Part shown: in pieces, positions 8,301 to 15,261 of the stretch
How positions within the stretch are numbered: the first letter of the stretch is position 1
Layout: each line of letters starts with the position of its first letter
Assembly (NCBI GenBank): GCA_048939465.1
Contig: JBHLPL010000037.1
Span: 1 to 16,378 of the forward strand
DNA: 16,378 nt
Origin: Promethearchaeota archaeon
GTDB lineage: Archaea; Asgardarchaeota; Odinarchaeia; Odinarchaeales; JBHLKK01
Reading direction: 5' to 3'
Position numbers and translations under genes: made by a program
The notes under the pieces: generated by a model
What the model saw: only the letters and a program-made list of their open reading frames with translations
The model's database searches: none
What the model was told of the DNA's origin: nothing

Positions 8301-9108
8301 GGCACTAGTGCTTGGGGGAGGAATAGTAGGTATCAATGGAACCAAAACAATAGAGGCGAGTGGAATAACTCAATTCGAGCTCATGTGGGACCCAGCGGAT
8401 CTCAATCTCAATCAAAGTGAAATAATAAACACAACCGCCTTCACACTAGAAGGTATCAACAGCACGATGACGGGTCTGACAGTTCTTTTGCCGACTGGCT
8501 ACAATCTGTCCATTACACAATTAATCGTATATGACAATGCGACGGCTTTCATTACCGTGAACAATACTGGCAATTATTCTATAACAGTAAATACAATCTA
8601 CTTCTTTAACACCACATTTCCGTCTCCACTGGCATTTTCCAATATTACAGCTATAAATGGAACCATGACTATTCTACCGGGCGAGATAACTGAATACATG
8701 TGTGTCTGGGATCCGTTTATATTCAATGCAACAGAAGGAACCGATACGAACTCAACAGTGCTGATATATGAAGGATTCAACGTCTCGGCGTATAACACAA
8801 CTCTGGATTCTCAATACGCCATGGGGATTGCCAATGCTACGACTCATGTCTACAGTAATGGCACCATCGTGCTAAATATAACGAATAACGATTTCTATTC
8901 AATACACAACATAACAATACAAATAAAAAACGCAACGACCGGTGAGGTAATATTTACATACTTCTGGCAGGTTACCATAGATTCGTTTGGCTGGGATACA
9001 GTAACTTTCGACTCCGGTCTATTACTAACTGCAGGCGAAGACGTAATAATCCAAGCAAAATCAATCGAGGGCGCGAACGATCAACGAACGAAAACAGTCG
9101 AGCTGTGA
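5383..9108 (+). CDS. aglB: Oligosaccharyltransferase catalytic subunit AglB/STT3 with a long C-terminal repeat extension
   Basis: Multi-TM N-half. Motifs FDPWFQYR, GFFDNE, SVGEH, WWDYG, DNGT and DK motif DEGKWIWM. Confidence 0.95.
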   Translation: MSPSNALKSIANAFRSVFHKPKVEIKLGNIVLYLGLGLIFLVALLLRLFPAALYDPLLKAFDPWFQYRCAEYLADNGLFSWFTWHDPQSWYPWGRDIPGNAFPGLPMAAATVFYLLQSIGISVDIYTVCFFLPAFLGATSCIAMYFLGKEVGGRKVGIFAALLLAFIPAHIQRTVAGFFDNETIGILTMVLTAYFFLHSFKHASPLSAVAAGLSLGYLSITWGAYQYLFYLLALFAILLMLARRYTSRLLMSYSITTCLAIFIASRFPVNGGVNFIFSGTGFIAIGVLAIMALYEIFLRLRETRFYEWLKANRVKITMAITGSISAAVIGLWVIGQLPVLIGFLESVFSLSARFWSVLNPLSREQVFLVASVGEHATTTWAVFYYYLHVLVFLVPVGLYFSFKRLQNEDLFIILFSITSLYFAGSMIRLLLILAPIVSLLSAITIVNILKPFATILGEQPTVIRRRRKRITRMVGREYAVASFGLIFILLTLTTWHSVVVTQQLSTPEMVGLGTFDDWRESFQWMRNNLDQNVRVLSWWDYGYWITTRTNKTTYIDNGTLNSTQIAWMARALISNETEALKIFRMYDVTHVLVHFGYFVTALSGDEGKWIWMVRIAQDHFPDVINESEYYVQGEGPTLKFFQSLIYKLVFYEEPGDYYYSSYVEQIMSQQGYPSYVGWPSSPEWRFIGAEAIWPAFSETYVSTNHLVKIFELNYDVLDYNLTITDTDIYRITTENKTAALVDVKNSGSLPMNVDLNASNVLANGTAISDMGGSAQIAEGSSYLLPGETCVVKINFGINATEGEAWNFTMGTVQYYGNAQDTSNATVRLNQTINMDLIGANAYSNETVILDINNTGAEYLEITQAEVNGTSSGISIASDTILYPGQNETYRIVINLATNPDLNLNETNFINITIFTWEGVNQTVNATVQIPPDYSILIRNATAYSNETIFITIENTGNYSITLNAFNVSTTNDSALVLGGGIVGINGTKTIEASGITQFELMWDPADLNLNQSEIINTTAFTLEGINSTMTGLTVLLPTGYNLSITQLIVYDNATAFITVNNTGNYSITVNTIYFFNTTFPSPLAFSNITAINGTMTILPGEITEYMCVWDPFIFNATEGTDTNSTVLIYEGFNVSAYNTTLDSQYAMGIANATTHVYSNGTIVLNITNNDFYSIHNITIQIKNATTGEVIFTYFWQVTIDSFGWDTVTFDSGLLLTAGEDVIIQAKSIEGANDQRTKTVEL
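7537..9105 (+). repeat. Five tandem ~100-aa beta-rich (Ig-like/CARDB-like) repeats in the AglB tail
   Basis: Units begin YNLTIT / NMDLIG / YSILIR / YNLSIT / YAMGIA and share (A/V)YxNxT..I.I.NTG.Y.I, LxPG and terminal EGxN. DNA echo: aacacaggcaactattctatc vs aatactggcaattattctata. Confidence 0.7.
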
Positions 9109-9111
9109 TGA

Positions 9112-9288
9112 CTATTCCCTTTCTTTCATGAGTTGTTTTTTCAACATTCTTCGGTATTTGCCATAAGGATCAATAACAGAGAATTTCGAAGGATGCGGCA
9201 TGCGAAGGCTACCCCCACAATATGGACACCGATTCTGCTTTAGCGTATAAGCCTCGCATTTGTTACACTTTCGCAGTAGCTTACCCAT
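9112..9288 (-). CDS. nop10: H/ACA RNP protein Nop10
   Basis: CxxC..YTL...CPxCGG...PHPSKFSxxDPYGKYRR. Start moved to ATG 9288. Confidence 0.95.
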   Translation of the reverse strand: MGKLLRKCNKCEAYTLKQNRCPYCGGSLRMPHPSKFSVIDPYGKYRRMLKKQLMKERE

Positions 9289-9307
9289 CTTTCCTGTACC
9301 TCGATTC

Positions 9308-9332
9308 AATCTAATTAGATTATGGATTAATC
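9308..9332. promoter_or_regulatory. Two adjacent palindromes upstream of nop10
   Basis: AATCTAATTAGATT (9308-9321, perfect 14-mer) and GATTAATC (9325-9332). Confidence 0.35.
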
Positions 9333-9336
9333 ATAT

Positions 9337-9588
9337 CTAAACCACTCCTCCCCTGCAGAAGGGGCTTATGACTGTACTTGACCGCATTTCCCTTCCAGGT
9401 TTTTCCTCGCTACGCATGAAATCGGGGGGGGGGTGGTTGCAACGCCCCAGCCCAGCAATCCGCATGTAGCATCGGGCTTAAAGGTTTGCCCAATCTATCC
9501 TCTCGTAGGTCATTAACCCTTTCAACATCAGAGAGTGGTGTGCCTTTAGACTTACTAACACCCATAGCACAAACCTATTCAAGAATCG
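9337..9588 (-). ncRNA. Structured RNA candidate ending in an IS200/IS605 right-end-like hairpin (omegaRNA-like module B)
   Basis: Minus strand ends TAAG-CCCCTTCT-GCAG-GGGAGGAG-TGGTTTAG. Internal stems CTCTC/GAGAG, TTGGGC/GCCCGA, GCTAC/GTAGC and a G-rich/C10 helix. Loop AAACC can pair with terminal GGUUU. Confidence 0.5.
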
Positions 9589-9700
9589 CTCAATTGCTCT
9601 CCTCCCTTCCGGAAGGAGTCTCCTTGAGGTGGTTTAGAATAATGTCATGTGAGCTTACTCTTCATAGCGTTGGTCCTAGCCCACTGAGTTACTGGGGAGA
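9589..9700 (-). mobile_element. IS200/IS605 right-end / omegaRNA-like remnant (module A)
   Basis: CAAGGAGACTCCTTCCGGAAGGGAGGAG aligns to CAAGAAGACTCCATCCGAAAGGATGGAG at 16342-16369 with 5 mismatches in 28 nt, including a compensatory T-A/A-T swap. The 5' hairpin loop CUCAG can pair with terminal UUGAG. Confidence 0.6.
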
Positions 9701-9708
9701 AGGAAATA

Positions 9709-10500
9709 CTATCTCTTGAAGCTGCCCTCTCCTCCTCCGTCTTTGACGACTGCTATTACTTTTTCGACAGTCGCGGCTAGAACCCTCTCGGCAACCTTGT
9801 AGTTTTGAGCGAAGACTTCAACTCTATACCGTGGTGACCCGACCAGGTATATGCTGGTTTCACCCTCCTCCCCCTCGTTTCCGGCCTTTAACCCCTCAAT
9901 GAGCGCCTTCTTGATAACATCAATTCCATCTGATTTAAGACATCTCAACTCAAGATTTCCAGATACCTTGACTCTTGGAACCTCAACATAGGCGTCTACA
10001 ATCTCGCCTAGGACATCGGCCCATTTTTTAGTAATCCCAATTTTCAATAACACACCTATTCCCTTTTCCTTGACCTCCTCTAATCCAGTATATATGTCTC
10101 CATACTTGTCCTCGATCTTCCATCCTACTTCTTTGTACCCTTCGTCCAAGGTTTTACCTAATTTGCTGGCTGCAATCTCGAGCAAATTCTCGGCCTTTTG
10201 TGCCCTTTTCCATTCTTGAATCTTACTTCGTCTTTGTTGTTCTGTGGTCCTTCTTAGGGATAGATCAATATGTCCCTTAGACTTCTCCACTCTCAGAACT
10301 TTTACAACAACTTTTTGCTTTTCTCGGACATGATTCCGGATGTTTTTGACCCAGCTTGACGCGATTTCGGATATGTGTATCATACCCTCCACATCGCCAT
10401 ACTCATCGAGGGTTACATACGCCCCGTGAGATAGTACTCTGTTAACTGTTCCCATAATTATATCTCCAACTTCAGGAACTTCTTGCCTTTTTCTTACCAT
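9709..10500 (-). CDS. eif2a: Translation initiation factor 2 subunit alpha (aIF2alpha)
   Basis: S1 domain (GAYVTLDEY, IHISEIASSWVKNIR, IDLSLRR) and C-terminal GSPRYR. SD AGGTGA upstream. Confidence 0.97.
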   Translation of the reverse strand: MVRKRQEVPEVGDIIMGTVNRVLSHGAYVTLDEYGDVEGMIHISEIASSWVKNIRNHVREKQKVVVKVLRVEKSKGHIDLSLRRTTEQQRRSKIQEWKRAQKAENLLEIAASKLGKTLDEGYKEVGWKIEDKYGDIYTGLEEVKEKGIGVLLKIGITKKWADVLGEIVDAYVEVPRVKVSGNLELRCLKSDGIDVIKKALIEGLKAGNEGEEGETSIYLVGSPRYRVEVFAQNYKVAERVLAATVEKVIAVVKDGGGEGSFKR

Positions 10501-10543
10501 TGACGGTCACCTACGTTGTGATAAGACACGATAATTCACACCA

Positions 10544-10559
10544 CTTATAAGAATTCTTT
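10544..10559 (-). promoter_or_regulatory. Putative internal promoter for aIF2alpha
   Basis: Minus strand AAAGAATTCTTATAAG (BRE-like plus TATA-like), 44-59 nt upstream of the start. Confidence 0.45.
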
Positions 10560-10595
10560 AATAACAGAAAGTCTGCTATTTTGGTGATGGAACGA

Positions 10596-10790
10596 TCAGT
10601 CCAGAACGGATATTATTACAGTCGTTACTCTCCCTTTCCCGCCAGTGGGTTCAACCAGAACCTTTCCGCATGCCTCACAGTTCACAACTGTCTTGGCACA
10701 TCCGAAGACAATCTGCTCTGTTTTACATTCCGGACATCTGACTCTAAGGAATTTGCTTCTTGGGAAAGGTATGAGTTCTCTACCAGACAC
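10596..10790 (-). CDS. rps27e: 30S ribosomal protein S27e
   Basis: PRSKFLRVRCPEC...Q.VF......V.C..CG..L.EPTGGK. Confidence 0.97.
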   Translation of the reverse strand: MSGRELIPFPRSKFLRVRCPECKTEQIVFGCAKTVVNCEACGKVLVEPTGGKGRVTTVIISVLD

Positions 10791-10802
10791 TTCTCCATCC
10801 CC

Positions 10803-11078
10803 CTAGACTATTTCCAACTTTCTTAATCGCATACCTTCTCTATGATGTATGTATCCACATTCGCTGCATCTGAATTTTAGCGATTGTTTCTTAGTGGTCT
10901 TCGCGACCTTCTTTGGAACTGGTTTGGGTTGACTACCGTACCCTGCTTTTTTGCGAGCGTATCTTCGAGCACCCGCAGCTAATGTTCGATCTTTTCCCCT
11001 CTTATACAATGAGACTGTGTGACTGGAATGCTTCTTGCATTTTGGACAATATGTTCTAATGTTCTTGCTAATTCTCAT
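10803..11078 (-). CDS. rpl44e: 50S ribosomal protein L44e
   Basis: TYCPKCKKH...GYGSQPKP...KTTKK..L..RC.ECG. Confidence 0.97.
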   Translation of the reverse strand: MRISKNIRTYCPKCKKHSSHTVSLYKRGKDRTLAAGARRYARKKAGYGSQPKPVPKKVAKTTKKQSLKFRCSECGYIHHREGMRLRKLEIV

Positions 11079-11635
11079 GATGATTCACTCCACTTCTGTG
11101 CAATTTTGGTGGCAACGCCTCGGTTCATTAATACTATTGCATTATTTGCAGGTAGAATCGCTACGTCATCAGACTCAAACGGCCCGTATGTCCTTAAATC
11201 TGCTCCTACAATGGCGGGAATTGATCGAAGTAACCGTACTATTAAGTATTTCGGCTCGTCTTTCACGTTTTTTGTTATTTCTTCTCCTTTAAAAACTAGT
11301 AGTTGCTCTAAGCATTTGTTGACGCTGTCTATTATGCTTTTATGCATCTCTTCCTCCGCAACGGTGAGCTTGTCCAAATTGATTTCAGATCGGCTCTTTA
11401 ATACATTAAGTATTTTCGCCATACGAAGGTCAAAAAGATCTTTCAGCATAAAACGCAAATTCTCTAATTCCCTTTTTGTGAGTTTCCATACAAGTGTGTC
11501 TCGACCCACCTCATCCAGTACCTTTTCAAGATTGAATACGTATTCTTGGATTTTGCTATAGAAATCGTCGGGTAGCTCCCGAAGGTATTCATCTTCTTTT
11601 TCCTTAGTCCATAATTCATATATCTCGTTGTACAA
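11075..11635 (-). CDS. gins: GINS complex subunit (Gins15/Gins51 type)
   Basis: LP.DFY, R..KI helical A-domain and C-terminal B-domain (IPAIVG.D...YGPF...DVA.LP..NA.VL...G.A). Start reassigned to TTG 11635, just after the priS stop and with GAGGAG upstream. Confidence 0.88.
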   Translation of the reverse strand: MYNEIYELWTKEKEDEYLRELPDDFYSKIQEYVFNLEKVLDEVGRDTLVWKLTKRELENLRFMLKDLFDLRMAKILNVLKSRSEINLDKLTVAEEEMHKSIIDSVNKCLEQLLVFKGEEITKNVKDEPKYLIVRLLRSIPAIVGADLRTYGPFESDDVAILPANNAIVLMNRGVATKIAQKWSESS

Positions 11636-11636
11636 A

Positions 11637-12884
11637 TTATTCTCCTCTCGGAAAAGTCGCTGCTCCCTTACACAATAGATAGATCCCTGCAGACATAGGG
11701 AGCCTGACTTCTTCTTCTTTGTATGGGCCGAATACTTCATCCCCTATGCGAAACTCCGGTGCATGCTTAACGTAAACAATGATTTCTCCTTGGAAAACCT
11801 GACTATCCTTGAATGGATCAAATCGTTCCAGATCAAAAAAGGTTAGAGGAATCACTTTAAACCCCGTCTTACCATGCAAAGATGTTGGTAGTCTCATCAA
11901 ACGATGTATATCTTTCGTAACTGGCTCATCTATCCTAACGCTCGCTCTATGCGCTGCCATCTCAATAAGTTTGTACCAAGTTTCGATATCTACTCCCCTT
12001 ATAACGTCCCAAAATGGCTGTTTGCTTTTCAACCCCCGAAGTATTTCTTCTTTATTCTCTAAGATAAGTTTGAGTTTTGCTTCACTAATTCCTTCAATGC
12101 TTTGCGGGCTTTCCAGATTCTCAACATAGGCTTGAAACATTCTAGCAATCCTTCCGCGCCATCCAGTATCTTCAGTTCTTGGTCCAACAATGACTTTTGA
12201 TCTTCGTCTTCCAACCTTCTCGTGCAGACCATGGAGTTTCAAGTCAAGACCAGTGACTTTCATGTAGTCCACTATTTCCTGTCTTGCTTGAGAGTCCATT
12301 TTTCTGATCGTATCTTTCTCAATGTGAATATGATATCCTCTGTGACCCGAGAAACTGATCTCAATTTCACTCTTACTGAATCCGAAATCCGGTACCAGAT
12401 ACTCTTCTACTGCTTTGACAACCTCGTTCTTGGTTACTGCCAAACACTCTTCACAAACCCATCGTGTTTCTTCGATTCTGCTAGAATCGCATTTTGGACA
12501 TTTTTCTGGCTTTTCTCCTCTATTCCTCTCACCGCAGTCCTTGCATTTCCAGAGATCGTGTTGTTGCTCACAAGGCGTTGGTATATGGTCTGCATCTATA
12601 TCAAAAACCAGGTCACAACCCAACCATTCTTTTTCGTTCATTTTGGGCGCTCTGGGATCATCATAATACGCTGCTGAATAATACGCATCAGATGGTGCAT
12701 CTTGCCTTAAGTATAAGCGTAATTCCTGCTCATTTTTGAATCCTATGTGCCGTATAACTGAATCCTTGTCAAAATAAAAAAAGCCGAATTCACGTTTAAT
12801 AAGCTCCTTGGGGCCTTTTACTGAGTCAGCAGACCTACTGTAATACTCTGCGAATTTTGCTTTAAGAAAATCCTCGACTCTCAT
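11637..12884 (-). CDS. priS: DNA primase small (catalytic) subunit
   Basis: REFGF, LVFDIDAD, FSGHRGYHIH, IDEPVTKDIHRLMRLPTSLHGKTG. Confidence 0.96.
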   Translation of the reverse strand: MRVEDFLKAKFAEYYSRSADSVKGPKELIKREFGFFYFDKDSVIRHIGFKNEQELRLYLRQDAPSDAYYSAAYYDDPRAPKMNEKEWLGCDLVFDIDADHIPTPCEQQHDLWKCKDCGERNRGEKPEKCPKCDSSRIEETRWVCEECLAVTKNEVVKAVEEYLVPDFGFSKSEIEISFSGHRGYHIHIEKDTIRKMDSQARQEIVDYMKVTGLDLKLHGLHEKVGRRRSKVIVGPRTEDTGWRGRIARMFQAYVENLESPQSIEGISEAKLKLILENKEEILRGLKSKQPFWDVIRGVDIETWYKLIEMAAHRASVRIDEPVTKDIHRLMRLPTSLHGKTGFKVIPLTFFDLERFDPFKDSQVFQGEIIVYVKHAPEFRIGDEVFGPYKEEEVRLPMSAGIYLLCKGAATFPRGE

Positions 12885-13921
12885 TTTGCCTTTAGACTCC
12901 TTCTCTTCAGTCTATAGAATCCCAAAGGATGTTTAACCCTGTCGCAGATGGGGTCTCCTTTGGGGCACAAACCGTATGTTCTGAGAGTACTACATGAAGG
13001 CGGGGTATATTTTGTGCGTCCCCCACGAAGTCCCCCGATGTGCTCAACTTGATAACGTGCAATTTCCTCCCTGAAGTCTGGAGCCGATCTGTAAATCTCG
13101 ATAATGCGGTCTGTGGGGGTTCCAATTCTTATCAGAAACGTGGTTATTGCGAATCTTCCTTGGTGTGACAAACTCTTGCTTTCTGAAATCGCCGATATTA
13201 ACTGCTTCATACAGGGCGGAAATGCCTCTCTCCTAACAGGCCCCTCCATATCACCATATTCTCGGATTCTTCTTCGATGTTTTTTCCATAACTCCTTTAG
13301 CCGCAGAGTCGCGTCTTGAACTTCTGAGGGAACATCTTCCAGTCTTGGAGGATCGGGAATCTCACGCTCTATTATTCTCCACTTCACCGCTTCAGCTACT
13401 AATCTTACAGTCTCCCTTTTCTCCAAAAACACAAATCCTTCTGAAATGCCTCTGTTTATCAGTTTCCAGCGGATATCATGGAACTTTGGAGCGAATTCGA
13501 GATAATCGGAGAAATGCATTTTCCAGTCATATAAGACGTCATCGATAATTCGCCTTGTCTTACTTATGCCCCATCCGAAAGTTTTAGTCGTTATCCAAAT
13601 GATTTTATCGTCTTCTTCAGGTTCCAAAAGAGTTTGAGCTCTTTTTGATTCGAAATCTGCCCACCTTGCCTTCAATAGGTTGTCGCCAAGCAGAACTATC
13701 AGTAAACGCGCCACGGGAAACGAGAGGATTTCATTAGTATCTGTTTGCCATGAGATTACTTCCCCACCATGTTCTACGGCATCCACCACTCTCTCCTTTG
13801 CTCGTTCTATGACTTCCTTGTAGTCATTGGCGAGCTTCGATATACTAATATCCAGCGTTTTGACTAGTTCTGCTGCTTCATTTGTCCATGGATACTTGGC
13901 CAAATCTCGCTTACTTAACAT
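12881..13921 (-). CDS. priL: DNA primase large subunit
   Basis: KYPW, FPPCM, GRFAITTFL, YQVEHIGG, PPSC...GLC.....C (four Fe-S Cys), HPL.FY. Confidence 0.95.
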   Translation of the reverse strand: MLSKRDLAKYPWTNEAAELVKTLDISISKLANDYKEVIERAKERVVDAVEHGGEVISWQTDTNEILSFPVARLLIVLLGDNLLKARWADFESKRAQTLLEPEEDDKIIWITTKTFGWGISKTRRIIDDVLYDWKMHFSDYLEFAPKFHDIRWKLINRGISEGFVFLEKRETVRLVAEAVKWRIIEREIPDPPRLEDVPSEVQDATLRLKELWKKHRRRIREYGDMEGPVRREAFPPCMKQLISAISESKSLSHQGRFAITTFLIRIGTPTDRIIEIYRSAPDFREEIARYQVEHIGGLRGGRTKYTPPSCSTLRTYGLCPKGDPICDRVKHPLGFYRLKRRSLKAK

Positions 13922-13955
13922 TCTCTTATCACAAAAACCAAATGCGAGTCTCTAA

Positions 13956-14708
13956 TCACTCGGATTCTATTCGAGGGGCAAGATAATATACTATCCTCCC
14001 CCCATTCAATAACACGAAATCGAGTCTGATTGGCATGTTTGTAGAGTATTGCAGTTCGACAATATCTGTTGTGGCAGCTGCCTTCATAATATCTGACAAG
14101 TAATCAAGCGCATACATTGCCTTGGATTCCTCTTTAACATTCATCTCCAGCAAGGCATCACTTTTCTTGTTAAGCTTTATCTCTAGCTCTCCTGTATCTC
14201 CTGACGCGAATAATCCCAGCTCTTTGTTTGATGTCACCATTCTTATGTGGTCGCTAATTATGGCAGCATCATCAATGGCCTGTCTCAGTACGTCTGTGGT
14301 GACCTTTGCAAAGGCGTTAAACTCTATTTTGGGCGTGGGTAGTTCTTCCATTTGCAGATCTAAAAGCGCAAGGCTAAAAGTCCTCGTTGCTTTGCCCTTA
14401 AAACGCGCATTTAACCTATTTGTCTTTTCATTTAGACTCAGTTCAAGGGAATCCCCACTTCCTCCCCTACGCATTATTTTAGTCATTTCATCCAAATTGA
14501 TACCTAATTGAATCTCCTTTGAACATCGGTAGTCATCAATCGCGCCTTTGGGCATCTCGAAATCGATCATGGCGATATGGGACGGATCCATAGCCTTCAT
14601 CCTGATCCCCCCAGGAGCAGCGGTAAAATTCGCCTCATCCACAAGTGATGACAATGCCTCAACTATGCTCCTCCACAGTTTTGCATCACCAAACAACATT
14701 TGAAACAT
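13956..14708 (-). CDS. pcn: DNA polymerase sliding clamp PCNA
   Basis: AMDPSHIAMID, YALDYL, C-terminal YYLAPRIE. Start moved to ATG 14708 (MFQM...) with GAGGGAAAG upstream. Confidence 0.97.
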   Translation of the reverse strand: MFQMLFGDAKLWRSIVEALSSLVDEANFTAAPGGIRMKAMDPSHIAMIDFEMPKGAIDDYRCSKEIQLGINLDEMTKIMRRGGSGDSLELSLNEKTNRLNARFKGKATRTFSLALLDLQMEELPTPKIEFNAFAKVTTDVLRQAIDDAAIISDHIRMVTSNKELGLFASGDTGELEIKLNKKSDALLEMNVKEESKAMYALDYLSDIMKAAATTDIVELQYSTNMPIRLDFVLLNGGRIVYYLAPRIESE

Positions 14709-14826
14709 GACTTTCCCTCTAATCGTTTCTGCGAGATTAATGGAGACTATCAAAGTGCCACTTCAACTACTAATACACCTCAGAGATATATACATTATGC
14801 TGCGACAGGGCGGCCTTACATTTCTA

Positions 14827-15147
14827 TTATTCATTTTGCGTAAATCTCTTCCTTAACTCATAGACTTCCATGTATATTGTCAGATCCAAATCATCCATGT
14901 TTTGGATGATACTTGCACCTATCTCAAAACTCCCGTCTTCCTTCCTATGAATATCGCCCATGGCGCGTATGATATTTCCTATTTCCGCCCCCCTGTCTGT
15001 CTTGACCACGATAGAACCGGAACCATCATCCAAAACCACAAATCCTGGTCTGGAGTCTACTACTCGCCCAACGACTCTAACTCTAATATCATTTGGAGAA
15101 ATATCTTTAATGACTCTCCATTTTGCAGGGGGCCGCCTATCTGTCAT
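14827..15147 (-). CDS. Single OB-fold protein, RPA14/RPA3-like small replication protein A subunit
   Basis: RR.PA....I..I....RV...G.V......LDDGSG...V......G...R..G..., as in Thermococcales RPA14. Start at ATG 15147 preferred. Confidence 0.78.
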   Translation of the reverse strand: MTDRRPPAKWRVIKDISPNDIRVRVVGRVVDSRPGFVVLDDGSGSIVVKTDRGAEIGNIIRAMGDIHRKEDGSFEIGASIIQNMDDLDLTIYMEVYELRKRFTQNE

Positions 15148-15261
15148 CAGATTCGTCACTCTCAAATCACATTCGGTGGTCTCAGAACCGTGGTCTATCA
15201 CAGACCACCCTTGGTTAGAAGGGGGACCTGTATTAAGTTTTTTCCTGCAAGAAGAAGAGTT

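Noticed and set aside
9366-9500. Group I intron core (AAGUACAGUCA resembles the S element; UAGAUUG could form P7)
   Set aside because: No convincing P3, P4/P6 or P8 could be built around it. A short pairing with a wobble is expected by chance. A cmsearch with RF00028 would settle it.
9336-9638. RNase P RNA (CAGAAGGGGCTTA on + resembles CR-V; GAGGAGAG on - resembles CR-I)
   Set aside because: The two motifs are on opposite strands, the CR-V-like string is at the wrong end and is explained by a local hairpin, and no P4 pairing can be built.
9336-9638. SRP (7S) RNA, suggested by the ~300-nt length, terminal helix and CC-GGAA-GG loops
   Set aside because: Neither GGAA hairpin has the invariant AGG/AGC symmetric loop of helix 8, and no UGUNR Alu motif is appropriately placed.
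9648-9684. H/ACA guide RNA next to nop10 (GGGCU/AGCUC followed by ACA)
   Set aside because: The hairpin is too short for a pocket 14-16 nt from ACA, and the K-loop geometry is wrong.
9486-9719. 77-aa plus-strand ORF in the aIF2alpha-nop10 gap
   Set aside because: TTG start without SD, antisense to the operon and to the structured modules, and no recognisable motif.
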